The notes below the pieces were generated by a model, which worked only from the letters and a program-made list of their open reading frames with translations, had not been told where the DNA came from and ran no database searches. Both the position numbers and the translations under genes were made by a program. DNA of 64,000 nt from contig JBJDXJ010000049.1 of assembly GCA_051866635.1 (NCBI GenBank), positions 31,163-95,162 of the forward strand, written 5' to 3'. This stretch comes from Clostridia bacterium (lineage in GTDB: Bacteria > Bacillota > Clostridia > UMGS1883). Below are positions 27,765 to 38,592 of the stretch, one piece after another (the first letter of the stretch is position 1; each line of letters opens with the position of its first letter).

Positions 27765-29069
27765 TTGTTAAACGACCCGTTACCCGTCGCCTGTATGCAG
27801 TTTATACTTTTGGTCTTAGCGGCCTTTTGTACAGGCGGAAAAGCGGCAGTGAGCCGTGTTAATGATTACAAAATGGAGGAGCTCTCAAAGGAAGGCAATA
27901 AAAATGCCGCCAGAGTTATGAAAATTATGGACCATGAGGTCAAAATAATGACTCAGCTCCGTACGGCAACCATTACATTTATAAGCGTGATATGTTCTTT
28001 GGGCGTTTATTTTTATACTCCCTTGGTGGCGGAAAATTTTGAGGGCGAGATTGTCCCCCTTTTAATTGTGCTTATTGTACATATATGCATTGTCACCATT
28101 TTTGGGGAGCTTATACCCAGAAAAATATGTGCATCTGACAGTGATGAATGTGCAATGAAGCTTTCGTGGTGGATTCTTTTATGTGCCACCATTTTCAGAC
28201 CCTTTGTATTTGTGCTTAACCTTGTTGCAAAGCTTTTTGTGGCAATAGTGGGCAGTGACCCTGACGGTGAAGAAGAAAAGGTCACCGAAGACGATGTTAA
28301 AATGATGGTTGACTTAGGCAGTGAAAAAGGTACTATCGCCCCTGAAGAAAAGGAGCTTATCAGAAATATATTTGAATTCGGCGATATGTGTGCCGATGAT
28401 GTTATGACTCACCGTAAGGACGTTTCTGTACTTATGATGGACGAAAGCCCCGAGGAATGGGAAGAAACTATCCGTGAAAGCGGATGTTCACGTTTCCCTG
28501 TCTGCGGTGAAGATATAGACGACATTGTGGGCGTTGTGTATGCCCGTGAACTTTATGAGTTTTTCTACGATAAAGGTGACGACATCGGAGAGATTATTCA
28601 TCAGGCATATGTGGTGCCTGAAAAAATCAGTGCGGATCTTCTTTTTGAAAATATGCAGAAGGAAAAAACGCATTTTGCCATAGTTGCCGATGAGTACGGC
28701 GGCTTTGCAGGTATCGTAACGATGGATGATTTGTTGGGCTGTATCGTGGGTGAAATCAAAGACGAAGAATATGACGAGGATGCTGAAGAAGAAAGGGAAG
28801 AAATAATCCCACTTGGTGAAAACGTCTGGGATATGGACGGTTTGTCTTTATTGGAGGATGTTCAGGCAGTTACAAAGACAGAACTTCCCGTAGACGAATT
28901 TGACACCCTTTCGGGTCTTGTTTTAAGTTGTATCGAATATGTACCTGACGACGGTGCAACAATCAGGGTGGAAACATGTAATCTTGATATTCAGGTAACT
29001 CAGATTAAGGACAGGCGAATAGTCAGGGCAATTGTAAGGCGTTTGCCCGATAAAGAAAATGACGATTAA
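27765..29069 (+). CDS. CNNM/CorC-HlyC family CBS-domain membrane protein
   Basis: IFGELIPRK, SRFPV, DEYGGFAGIVTMDDLL, C-terminal transporter-associated domain. Confidence 0.9.
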   Translation: MLNDPLPVACMQFILLVLAAFCTGGKAAVSRVNDYKMEELSKEGNKNAARVMKIMDHEVKIMTQLRTATITFISVICSLGVYFYTPLVAENFEGEIVPLLIVLIVHICIVTIFGELIPRKICASDSDECAMKLSWWILLCATIFRPFVFVLNLVAKLFVAIVGSDPDGEEEKVTEDDVKMMVDLGSEKGTIAPEEKELIRNIFEFGDMCADDVMTHRKDVSVLMMDESPEEWEETIRESGCSRFPVCGEDIDDIVGVVYARELYEFFYDKGDDIGEIIHQAYVVPEKISADLLFENMQKEKTHFAIVADEYGGFAGIVTMDDLLGCIVGEIKDEEYDEDAEEEREEIIPLGENVWDMDGLSLLEDVQAVTKTELPVDEFDTLSGLVLSCIEYVPDDGATIRVETCNLDIQVTQIKDRRIVRAIVRRLPDKENDD

Positions 29070-29089
29070 ATAACAAGGGAGGAAATATA

Positions 29090-30799
29090 ATGGCTAAACG
29101 AAACGGGTTTTCACCTACGGCTTTGATGCTGACACTTTTCGTTTTTCTTTTCCCCGTTTTAATGTGCGGGTTTGATAAGAAAGCTATTGTGTTTGCCTCT
29201 CTTTTTGCATCTTTGTTGGTTTTGGGCTATGAATCGGTAAAAAAGGGCATTGTTGTTATAACAACGCCTTTTCTGCTTTTATTTCTTGTAAGCATTTATT
29301 CATTTATTTCTCTTTTTTATGTAACCGATAAGGGAAGCCAGTTTGCTTTAAGCTCCTTTTTCCTTTTATGCACGATAATGACCGTGATATCCTCATTGAC
29401 AAAGTGGGATATGAAAGAGGAGCAGTTTAAAAATACAGGTGCAGAGCTTGTACATAAGGGTGCAACGGTGTTTTCTGTTTGTGTAATCTTCTGGCAGATT
29501 TTCATTGATTCAAAATTTATAAGCAAGCTGAATTTAGGGGGAGGAGCTCAAAGTGCAACAGGTTTAATCCTCCTTTCGGGGTTATGTGCGTGGGTTTATA
29601 TGGCAAGAAAAGGCAGACGCGGTGTAGCCTTTCTTGTTTCCGCCCTTTTTTTGGTGTACGGCTTTGTTATGTCAAGAAGCCTTCTGTGCTACCTCATGGC
29701 AGGAATACTATTGTTAGTTACATCCCTTAATATGCGTCACAAAAAGATGGAAGCACTTATGGCTCTGACCTTTTCCGTAATTTTAGGTGCTGTAAATATT
29801 GCGTATGCAATTTTACGGTTTGCAACAGGCAATGTGGAATACAAAGGTGCAATTACAGGCATTGGTAAAATAATCGGTGTGGGAAGCGGCGGATATGATG
29901 CCATTATGGCAGTATTGGACAGCTCTGCCACTCTTACGCCGAACACCTTTTTATACTTGACGGAAGCCTTTGGCATAATAGGTATAATCATCTGTATTGT
30001 GGGAATATTTGCAGGCTTTGTATTTTGGAAAAACAAAAAGACTTTTTCAAGCCTTTTTGCTTTTCTCACAATTATTGTAATTCTTTTGTCAGATGTGAAC
30101 ACGTTTTTCGTGATTTTGCCCTTGCTATTGGCTTACTACGGTGCAAGTTTACCTTTAAAAGGTGTTAAAATACAAAAATTTATGGGATTTATACCTGTTG
30201 TGTTAGCTTTCTTTTATGCCCTTTTGGTATTTTCAAGAATACCATTTTCAATGGGGGAAAATGCATATGAAACAGGGAATTTTGAAAAGGGGGAGGAGTA
30301 TTTCACCCTTTCGGCACGTCTTTCTCTTTTTGACTCTGAAGGCTGGGAAAAAGCATATGAATGTGTATTGGCTCAAAGTGAGAGTGGTGTGAAAAATACC
30401 TCCGCACAGATGAAATACCTTGAAAGAGCTTGGCAGTTCAATAAAAAGAATTACAATTACAGTAAACTTCATGCTGAGGCATGTACAAGGGAAGGAAATT
30501 ATGAAGGTTCATTGACAGCATGGGAATACATTATTGCAAATTGCGATAATGAATATCTCTATCCCCAATATGCACAAAAGATTATGGATGTTATGGCAAA
30601 TTCCTCCGATACTGTAAGGATTGAGGAATTGTATAACCGCATAGCCTATTACGCGGACAAGGCAGTGGACAGTGATATTAAGTTTGAAATTAACAACATC
30701 CTTGCAAAAAGTCAGTCATATTACATCGAAAGCCGTGAAAACGGTGAAATTTTAGGCGATATGTATCAGGATGATACATACCTTTCGGAGGAAAACTAA
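29090..30799 (+). CDS. Polytopic membrane protein with helical (TPR-like) C-terminus, possibly O-antigen ligase-like
   Basis: Many TM segments, GVGSGGY loop, soluble helical tail. Confidence 0.5.
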   Translation: MAKRNGFSPTALMLTLFVFLFPVLMCGFDKKAIVFASLFASLLVLGYESVKKGIVVITTPFLLLFLVSIYSFISLFYVTDKGSQFALSSFFLLCTIMTVISSLTKWDMKEEQFKNTGAELVHKGATVFSVCVIFWQIFIDSKFISKLNLGGGAQSATGLILLSGLCAWVYMARKGRRGVAFLVSALFLVYGFVMSRSLLCYLMAGILLLVTSLNMRHKKMEALMALTFSVILGAVNIAYAILRFATGNVEYKGAITGIGKIIGVGSGGYDAIMAVLDSSATLTPNTFLYLTEAFGIIGIIICIVGIFAGFVFWKNKKTFSSLFAFLTIIVILLSDVNTFFVILPLLLAYYGASLPLKGVKIQKFMGFIPVVLAFFYALLVFSRIPFSMGENAYETGNFEKGEEYFTLSARLSLFDSEGWEKAYECVLAQSESGVKNTSAQMKYLERAWQFNKKNYNYSKLHAEACTREGNYEGSLTAWEYIIANCDNEYLYPQYAQKIMDVMANSSDTVRIEELYNRIAYYADKAVDSDIKFEINNILAKSQSYYIESRENGEILGDMYQDDTYLSEEN

Positions 30800-31251
30800 T
30801 GAAAGCTGTTGTTCAAAGAGTTAAAAGTGCATCTGTGCAGGTTGAAGGAAAAATTACAGGTGAAATTGGCGAGGGGCTTTTGGTCCTTTTCGGTGCAGAA
30901 GAGGGCGACAAAGACGAAGATTTGGAATATGTAATTAAAAAGACAATAGACCTTAGAATTTTTTCAGACGAAAATGGTAAAATGAATTTGTCCGTAAAGG
31001 ATATTGACGGTGAAATTCTGGCGGTAAGCCAGTTCACTCTCCTTGCACAGATAAAGCAGGGTAACCGCCCGGGGTTTACGCTTGCAATGGAACCTGCACG
31101 GGCTCAAAAAATGTACGAAAAATACTGCAAGAAGTGTAGTGAGGCTCTTGGCAAAGAAACCCAAAAGGGTATTTTCGGTGCAGATATGCAAGTGAATTTG
31201 GTAAATGACGGTCCTGTTACAATAATTGTTGATTCCAGAAATAAAATTTAG
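30799..31251 (+). CDS. dtd: D-aminoacyl-tRNA deacylase
   Basis: MKAVVQRV, SQFTL, FGADMQV.LVNDGPVT. Confidence 0.95.
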   Translation: MKAVVQRVKSASVQVEGKITGEIGEGLLVLFGAEEGDKDEDLEYVIKKTIDLRIFSDENGKMNLSVKDIDGEILAVSQFTLLAQIKQGNRPGFTLAMEPARAQKMYEKYCKKCSEALGKETQKGIFGADMQVNLVNDGPVTIIVDSRNKI

Positions 31252-31313
31252 CTTGAAAAAAGGCAGATTATGATATATAATACCATAATGCAATATACTG
31301 AAAGGATGATAAT

Positions 31314-32801
31314 ATGGCACAGCAGAATAATCCCAATCAGCAGAAAACACGTGAAGAAAAGCTGAACGAATTAAGACAAGCGGGCAGAGACCCTTATGAA
31401 GTTACAAAATATGACGTGACTCACTCAATGACATATATAAAGGAACATTTTGACGAGCTTGAAGGCAAAACTGTTCGTGCGGCAGGCAGACTTATGGCTA
31501 AACGCCGTGCAGGCGGACTTATGTTTGCGGACGTAATGGACCGTGACGAAAAAATCCAGTTCTACTTAAAGCGTGACGAAATAGGCGAGGAAGAATTTAA
31601 CCGTTTCAAGCTTGAAATTGATGTATGGGACGTTATCGGTGCAGAAGGCGTTGTGTTTAAAACAGTCGCAGGCGAAATTTCCATTAACGTAACAAGCTTC
31701 ATTCTTCTTGCAAAGAATCTTTTCATCCCTGTAAAGGGCAACGAATATGTAAAGAACGAAGTCAGCGACCACGATATCCGTTACCGTCAGAGATATATGG
31801 ACTTAATTGCAAACCCCTCTGTGCGTGAAACATTTAAAAAGAGAAGTGCAATTATACGTGAAATCAGAAATTATCTTGATGAAAGGGATTTCTTAGAGGT
31901 TGACACACCTGTATTAAACTCTATTTCAGGCGGTGCTACAGCTCGTCCCTTTATAACACATCACAATGCACTTGATATTGATATGTATCTTCGTATTGCT
32001 ACAGAATTGAACCTTAAAAGGCTTATCGTAGGCGGTCTTGAACGTGTTTACGAAATGGGCAGACAGTTCAGAAACGAAGGTATGGACTTAACTCATAACC
32101 CTGAATTTACAAGTATTGAAATTTATCAGGCTTATACAGACTTTGAAGGCATGATGGAATTGACGGAAGGTCTTGTGTCTACAGTTTGCGAAAAGGTAAA
32201 CGGAAGCAAGAAGTTCACCTATAACGGCACAGAAATTGACCTGACAGGTCCTTGGGCAAGAATGACAATGAAGGAAGCTGTTAAAAAATATTCCGGCATT
32301 GACTTTGACACAATCAACACAAAGGAAGAAGCAAGAGATGCTTTAAAGGCGGCAGGTATCGAAGTTGAAGGCGATAAGTCAATCGGTGAAATGATAGCTC
32401 TTGCATTTGAAGAAAAGGCAGAAGAACATCTTACAGGTCCCATCTTTATTACAGAATATCCCGTTGAAGTATCTCCTCTTGCAAAGAGATGCCCCAAGAA
32501 TAAGGCATTTACAGAACGCTTTGAAGTGTTCGTAATGGGTAAGGAATTGGGAAACGCATTCAGCGAACTTAATGACCCTGACGACCAGAAGGCAAGATTT
32601 GAAGAACAGGTTAAGGCACTTGAGGCAGGGGACGAAGAGGCAGGCATGATGGACGAAGATTATATCAATGCACTTCGTTACGGTATGCCTCCTACAGGCG
32701 GTGTAGGTATCGGTATTGACCGCTTGGTAATGTTTTTGACAGACAATACATCAATCCGTGACGTAATTTTGTTCCCCACAATGAAGCCGTTGGAGAAATA
32801 A
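31314..32801 (+). CDS. lysS: Lysine--tRNA ligase (class II)
   Basis: [22 protein letters not shown]...[21 protein letters not shown]. Confidence 0.97.
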   Translation: MAQQNNPNQQKTREEKLNELRQAGRDPYEVTKYDVTHSMTYIKEHFDELEGKTVRAAGRLMAKRRAGGLMFADVMDRDEKIQFYLKRDEIGEEEFNRFKLEIDVWDVIGAEGVVFKTVAGEISINVTSFILLAKNLFIPVKGNEYVKNEVSDHDIRYRQRYMDLIANPSVRETFKKRSAIIREIRNYLDERDFLEVDTPVLNSISGGATARPFITHHNALDIDMYLRIATELNLKRLIVGGLERVYEMGRQFRNEGMDLTHNPEFTSIEIYQAYTDFEGMMELTEGLVSTVCEKVNGSKKFTYNGTEIDLTGPWARMTMKEAVKKYSGIDFDTINTKEEARDALKAAGIEVEGDKSIGEMIALAFEEKAEEHLTGPIFITEYPVEVSPLAKRCPKNKAFTERFEVFVMGKELGNAFSELNDPDDQKARFEEQVKALEAGDEEAGMMDEDYINALRYGMPPTGGVGIGIDRLVMFLTDNTSIRDVILFPTMKPLEK

Positions 32802-32802
32802 A
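32662..32802 (+). repeat. lysS 3' end, att-like direct repeat copy 1
   Basis: 141 bp repeated at 37029-37169 with 2 synonymous mismatches. Confidence 0.95.
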
Positions 32803-33454
32803 AACCGTTGTTTTCAAGGGTTTACGGGTAATGATTTAATGAATTTACCCACATTTTACCCATTTTGAAAGAACGAACTATATGACAAAATAAAAACCTG
32901 CAATGATAGTTTGATACTAATGTTGCAGGTTTTATTTATAATTAGTCATTTTGCTAATAGTTGGGAAACAGTAAAATGAAATTGTGTGGTCATTTTGGGA
33001 CATACAATTTATGATATCTTTTTCTTGAAAATGATTGATTTATTTGATATACTCAAGTTGAATATTTAGACAAATATGATTACAGTAGTTATAGAGAGTA
33101 CATTAACGATCGTTCCGTACAAACACTAAATATGTGTTTGATATGATTAATAAGGACAACTTCATAGAATACAATAAAGAGCTAGGAAATATTGACTTTA
33201 AGGTTTCAGATAGCAAGAAAAAACATGCGGTTGGCAATTCATTAGGCATTTCAGAAATGAAAAAGCTTGAAAGTGATAGAATTCCGGCAGTCATTTCCCA
33301 GTGAAGCAATTACAAGGAATAACAGGGATTTCATGCGAAGTTATCACAAGGGCGGAATAGTACCAAAATGTATGGTCCAAAATGGCTTTCTGAGCATTAT
33401 TGTGAAGGTTATATAGCCTTTAAGGCTTAAAATTCGTAAAATGAGGAGAAAAAC

Positions 33455-33691
33455 ATGGCACAGATAGACTTAAATAATGTTGAAAAACTCGAAAAAGCAA
33501 GAAATACAGTTCATGAAAAGGTATATACAACATACACATGTTTCGAACAATACGGTGATAAATATGTTCAGATTGATACGTATGGAAAATCTGATCGAGA
33601 TATGCCAGGTAAAATAAGTCAGTCAATACAGTTTAATAAAGAAACTGCAAAGTTTTTGGCTGAACTACTGACTAAAGAGTTTGAATTCTAA
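33455..33691 (+). CDS. Small conserved hypothetical protein
   Basis: GAGGAG RBS; QIDTYG..DR..PGKISQSIQF motif recalled from defence-island small proteins. Confidence 0.65.
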   Translation: MAQIDLNNVEKLEKARNTVHEKVYTTYTCFEQYGDKYVQIDTYGKSDRDMPGKISQSIQFNKETAKFLAELLTKEFEF

Positions 33692-33716
33692 TTTATCAAA
33701 TTGAGAGGTTGGCTAA

Positions 33717-34778
33717 ATGGCTACTTTTAAATTAGGAGAATTATTTTGTGGGGCTGGTGGAATTGCTTGTGGAGCCATGAATGCACGAAGTGCTGATGGA
33801 AAGTTTAAAGTTGCACATGCATGGGCAAATGATTACGACGCTGACACCTGCGAAACATACAAAAAAAATATATGTCCGGATTCCCCGGAAACTGTTTATT
33901 GTGAAGATGTAAGAAAATTGGATATAGAATCATTGGGACCAATTGATGCATTTTGTTATGGATTCCCTTGCAACAGTTTTTCAAATGTTGGCAAACATCA
34001 AGGATTTGAAAATGAAAAATTTGGTCAGTTGTATTGGTATGGTATAGAAGTTCTAAAACACCATAAACCTAAGTGGTTTGTTGCAGAAAATGTATCTGGA
34101 ATACGTTCAGCTGGTTCAGGTGATTTCGAAATTATTCTCGATGATATGCGTGAAGCTGGTTACAATTTAAATGTTCATCTTTATAAAGCTGAGCAATATG
34201 GCATTCCGCAAACTAGACACAGGGTCATAATTGTTGGAATACGAAATGATATAGCGGTTGAATATCGTGTCCCTGATCCAGTTATGTATACCAATTGTGA
34301 TATATCATCAGCTACAGCTTTAATGAACATTCCTGAAAATGCACCGAATAATGAAATAAGAAAACTCACGAAAAATGTTGAAAAAAGATTATCATATATT
34401 CGTCCCGGTGAAAATGTATGGCAGGCTGAAGAACGTCTTGGAGATAAATTCCCAGAAGAACTTAAGATCCGTACTAAAACCAAAATAAGTCAGATTTACA
34501 GGAAACTAGATCCAGAAAGACCTGCCTATACTGTAACGGCAGCTGGTGGAGGAGGAACTTTTATGTACCACTGGACCGATCGTGAACTCACAAATCGCGA
34601 ACGTGCAAGAATCCAAACATTCCCAGATGATTACGAATTTGTAGGCAACTACAGTAGCGTTAGAAGGCAAATTGGTATGGCTGTCCCTTGTAAACTTTCA
34701 GAGATTGTGATTTCCGCTATACTTAATTGTTTTGCTGGTATAGAGTACCCATCAATAAAACAAAATATGGAGGGATAG
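33717..34778 (+). CDS. DNA (cytosine-5)-methyltransferase
   Basis: LFCGAGG, GFPCN, ENV, QTRHRV, RERARIQTFP, IGMAV. Confidence 0.95.
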   Translation: MATFKLGELFCGAGGIACGAMNARSADGKFKVAHAWANDYDADTCETYKKNICPDSPETVYCEDVRKLDIESLGPIDAFCYGFPCNSFSNVGKHQGFENEKFGQLYWYGIEVLKHHKPKWFVAENVSGIRSAGSGDFEIILDDMREAGYNLNVHLYKAEQYGIPQTRHRVIIVGIRNDIAVEYRVPDPVMYTNCDISSATALMNIPENAPNNEIRKLTKNVEKRLSYIRPGENVWQAEERLGDKFPEELKIRTKTKISQIYRKLDPERPAYTVTAAGGGGTFMYHWTDRELTNRERARIQTFPDDYEFVGNYSSVRRQIGMAVPCKLSEIVISAILNCFAGIEYPSIKQNMEG

Positions 34779-34781
34779 TGT

Positions 34782-35861
34782 ATGATTCAAAAGTATGATG
34801 CAATAACAGGATTGCCAACTTTTATTGTCTCAGATTTTGATGAACCGATATTATACGCACCTGCAAGAATCGAGTTTGTTAACCCGTGTTTTTCTTTGAA
34901 AATTATTACCGCTTTTACTGACTGTGAAAGAATATCCACTCATATGATTAAACTTGCTGAAGGTATGAAGAATAATCGTTTAGTAAAAGGATTATCCGTA
35001 GAAATAATACTTGGAATGACGAAATCAAGTCTTTCGCAGAAAAAGCATGAAGATATATGCAGATTGATAAGATTCTTAAATGAAGCTAAAGATATGCCTA
35101 AAATCTCCTGTAGATATATTTGTCAAGGACCAGAAGTTCATTCAAAAGTATATATCTGGTCACAACACCATGAGCATTGCACTGAATTTCCATACATTGC
35201 ATTTTGTGGTTCATTGAATTATACAATGAATGCGTTTTATAAACGCAGAGAGTCTGTAAGTATATGTAATTCTTTAGGTGCTTATATGTACTATAAAGAG
35301 CTTTTGCCGGATACCATTGATTGCTTTGATTCTGACGTGTCGGAAAGGCTTAGAAATGTAATGAATAATACTTCGGACTCTTTTGTTGAACCAGATAATT
35401 CAGAAAAAGACTATCTTACATATGACGCTGAGACTCCGGTTGATACACTAACGGTTTCGCTATTACGTGCAGATGGAACTGATACCGGTTATGGTTCAGG
35501 AATAAATTGGGGCATTCGCAAAAATGGTACAAAACGAAATCCAAACCAAGCGTATATACCGTACAATAGGCAAGATAAGAAGCATGGATTTTTCCCTGAT
35601 AGAGAGAACCCTGATGATGAAAACTGCCCTATGTTTAAAGTCATTACAAAGGATTTTGGTTCTTTTCATATGCGTATGGCACAACAAGGGAACAAAGCTC
35701 TTCATAGTGTTGAAAGCAATGCAATATTGGGTGAATGGATTCGTAAAAGAATTGGAGCTCCAAATGGTGGATATGTGACAAAACAAATGTTGCAACTTTA
35801 TGGAAAAACTAGTGTTACCTTCCGCAAATATGAAGACGGAACCTATCTTTTGGATTTTTAA
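34782..35861 (+). CDS. PLD-domain restriction endonuclease (NgoFVII/CglI-like)
   Basis: HSKVYIW...GSLNYT PLD motif; C-terminal SGINWG...RNPNQAYIP B3-like region; lies between two MTases. Confidence 0.78.
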   Translation: MIQKYDAITGLPTFIVSDFDEPILYAPARIEFVNPCFSLKIITAFTDCERISTHMIKLAEGMKNNRLVKGLSVEIILGMTKSSLSQKKHEDICRLIRFLNEAKDMPKISCRYICQGPEVHSKVYIWSQHHEHCTEFPYIAFCGSLNYTMNAFYKRRESVSICNSLGAYMYYKELLPDTIDCFDSDVSERLRNVMNNTSDSFVEPDNSEKDYLTYDAETPVDTLTVSLLRADGTDTGYGSGINWGIRKNGTKRNPNQAYIPYNRQDKKHGFFPDRENPDDENCPMFKVITKDFGSFHMRMAQQGNKALHSVESNAILGEWIRKRIGAPNGGYVTKQMLQLYGKTSVTFRKYEDGTYLLDF

Positions 35862-35881
35862 TTTCAGGGTGATGAATTGTT

Positions 35882-36835
35882 ATGGCAAGTATATGTAGTC
35901 TTTACAGTGGAATCGGCGGAATAGACTTAGGTTTTATTCAAGCAGGATTTGATGTAGTGTGGGCAAATGAACTTGATGTTGCCGCATGCAAAACATACAG
36001 GCACAATTTCAAAGATAATTGTTTGGTCGAGGGTGATATTAAATGTATATCAACAAACGATATACCTAATTTTGATGTTTTGACTGCAGGTTTTCCGTGT
36101 CAGCCATTTTCTATTGCGGGACTACAAAAGGGATTTGAGGATAGAGATGGAAATCATTTTTTTGAGATAATCCGCATCATTAAAGCCAAAAGACCTAAAG
36201 TCGTATTTTTAGAAAATGTTCCTAATCTCATAGAACATGATAATGGAAAAACATTTTTGGTTATTTTTAACTCACTTGCACAGCAAGGTTATGCGGTTTA
36301 TTATCGCATTTTAGCATCAAATGATTATGGAAACCTTCCGCAAATTAGAAAACGCATCTATATTATTGCTATTAGAGAGAATTTAACTGATAAGATGTAT
36401 AAATATCCAGAACCAATTAAACTGACACAAATGTCTAGTGATATTATTAAGCGCCATATGAAGCAACATGATGTTTATTATTACAGAGAACCCAAAATGT
36501 ACCAGTATCTATCTATGCACATGAATGACCGTTTTGCTATATACCGTATAACAGATGATCAGGTACGTTGGACAAAAAACAGAATGTGTCCTACATTGAC
36601 AGCTAATATGGGAACTCATAAAGACCGCGTTCATGTTGTGTGGGATGATTATGGGATCCGTAAGATAACACTACGGGAATGTCTTGATTTTCAGGGCTTT
36701 CCTCAAGACTTTTGTTTTCCTAAAACTATAACTATCAATGATGCCTATAAGCAAGTTGGAAATACTGTTTCTGTCCCGGTAATTCGGAGGTTAGCAGAAT
36801 CGATAAAACAATTACTGTGTGAGGCGAATGTATGA
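35882..36835 (+). CDS. Second DNA (cytosine-5)-methyltransferase
   Basis: LYSGIGG, GFPCQPFS, ENV, QIRKRI, QVGNTV. Confidence 0.95.
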   Translation: MASICSLYSGIGGIDLGFIQAGFDVVWANELDVAACKTYRHNFKDNCLVEGDIKCISTNDIPNFDVLTAGFPCQPFSIAGLQKGFEDRDGNHFFEIIRIIKAKRPKVVFLENVPNLIEHDNGKTFLVIFNSLAQQGYAVYYRILASNDYGNLPQIRKRIYIIAIRENLTDKMYKYPEPIKLTQMSSDIIKRHMKQHDVYYYREPKMYQYLSMHMNDRFAIYRITDDQVRWTKNRMCPTLTANMGTHKDRVHVVWDDYGIRKITLRECLDFQGFPQDFCFPKTITINDAYKQVGNTVSVPVIRRLAESIKQLLCEANV

Positions 36836-36988
36836 TGATAAAGTCCAATGTAAATGTCAAGCTAAAAATTGGCATGTCCCCACCTGGAAATCAGCGGAAC
36901 GATTCTATTGTGTTAAGATATATCGCACAATAGAACCGCCGCATCTGTGTTATAAAACCCTTTTAAAGATGAGATAGGTGACATTTAG

Positions 36989-37169
<181 letters not shown>

Positions 37170-37360
37170 TGGCGTAGGTATGCGGTTTGTGGTGGTTTTA
37201 TTACACCATACTACACCATTACTACACCAAAATATGCAAGAATTTATGTAAGTAAAAATTGAAAAGAAGCAATGCTTTAAAATCGCTAAAGGACTATGGA
37301 ATAAAATCCGTAGTCCTTTTTGTTTTACAAAGAATTAAATGCGATTAGGAGGTGAAAACA

Positions 37361-38386
37361 ATGTCAATACAATTTGATTATTTCTATGGAAGTGAAGCGG
37401 AGCAATATACCTTTTATCGTATTCCAAAAATACTGTTCAAGGATAAAATATTCAAAGATGTTTCTGCGGAAGCAAAGGTTTTGTATGGTCTTATGCTTGA
37501 CCGTATGGGATTGTCAATTAAAAACAGATGGTTTGATGAAGAAAACCGAGTATATATAATCTACACAATAGCAGATATTATGGAGGATTTGAATTGTGCT
37601 GATCAAAAAGCCGGAAAACTGTTATCTGAACTTGATACAGTTAAAGGAGTTGGCTTGATTGAAAGAAAGCGACAAGGTTTAGGAAAGCCAAATATCATAT
37701 ATGTTAAAAACTTCGCCACTATTGTACGGATGCAGGATGATTTTAATCACGATTCAAGAGAAGTGAAAATCACGATTCAAGAAAATTTAGAATCACAAAT
37801 CAAGAATAGTGAAAATCACGATTCAGGAAAAGTGATTATAACAAATCAAGAATACCCAAATTCACCTTCCAATTATAATAATATAAATAATAATAAAATA
37901 AATAATACTGATTTTAATGATAATCATATCCTATCATATCATTGTAATGGTAAAGATAGTATTCCACCTCCTCCCTCTGATATTGTACCGATTGATACGA
38001 TAGGATGGATAAGAGAAAGACAAGAATACAAAGAAATCATTAAAAATAATATCGAGTATGATATTTTACTTGAACAATATGAAAAGAAATGGCTTGATGA
38101 AATTGTTGAAATTATGGTTGATGTTGTTTGTAGCAAAGAACCGTATATCCGTATAAATAAACAGAGCTATCCTCAAGAGGTTGTTAAGAGTAGATTCTTG
38201 AAAATAGATTCATCTCATATTGAGTATATCTATATGTCGCTTAAAGATAACACATCAAATGTCCGGAATATCCAGGCATTTTTAATTACTACAATTTATC
38301 GCTCTTTTGAAACATCTGATAATTGGTTTAATGCAAAGGTTAAGTATGATATGGCAAATCCCAAAACGGATTGGAGCGATGGATAA
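37361..38386 (+). CDS. repA: Replication initiator RepA_N family
   Basis: FYRIPKILF, AKVLYGLMLDRM.LS..N.WFDE, RQGLGKPNIIYVK. Confidence 0.9.
   Translation: MSIQFDYFYGSEAEQYTFYRIPKILFKDKIFKDVSAEAKVLYGLMLDRMGLSIKNRWFDEENRVYIIYTIADIMEDLNCADQKAGKLLSELDTVKGVGLIERKRQGLGKPNIIYVKNFATIVRMQDDFNHDSREVKITIQENLESQIKNSENHDSGKVIITNQEYPNSPSNYNNINNNKINNTDFNDNHILSYHCNGKDSIPPPPSDIVPIDTIGWIRERQEYKEIIKNNIEYDILLEQYEKKWLDEIVEIMVDVVCSKEPYIRINKQSYPQEVVKSRFLKIDSSHIEYIYMSLKDNTSNVRNIQAFLITTIYRSFETSDNWFNAKVKYDMANPKTDWSDG
37745..37852 (+). repeat. Iteron-like repeats (23-bp period) inside repA; putative oriV
   Basis: AATCACGATTCAAGA-type units at 37745, 37768, 37791, 37814 and a degenerate one at 37837, followed by an AT-rich tract. 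Confidence 0.8.
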
Positions 38387-38592
38387 TGTGTGATTATTAT
38401 GAGAACTATGAAAAACTTGCCGAAGCAATTATATTGTTAGCAATAGAAGATTACAGAAAGAGCTGTTGTAATCAAACAAGATATGCAATAGAGCGTTTCT
38501 TCCGTTCTGATTGGTTTATGGTCCTCACCGATATTGACGGAGAAAAGCTTATAAAAAAATTAAGAGCAGAAAGGATGATGAATCGTGAGTAA
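38386..38592 (+). CDS. Hypothetical protein
   Basis: Coupled ORF between repA and parA; IERFFRSDWF motif. Confidence 0.7.
   Translation: MCDYYENYEKLAEAIILLAIEDYRKSCCNQTRYAIERFFRSDWFMVLTDIDGEKLIKKLRAERMMNRE

Noticed and set aside
27059-29069. Hemolysin virulence locus
   Set aside because: PAQR and CNNM/CorC families are housekeeping membrane proteins despite their names
33060-33420. Possible pseudogene at the start of the RM island
   Set aside because: Coding-like composition with stops, but no family could be assigned by eye
37745-37852. Mini-CRISPR
   Set aside because: 23-bp period with no unique spacers, inside repA; explained as iterons
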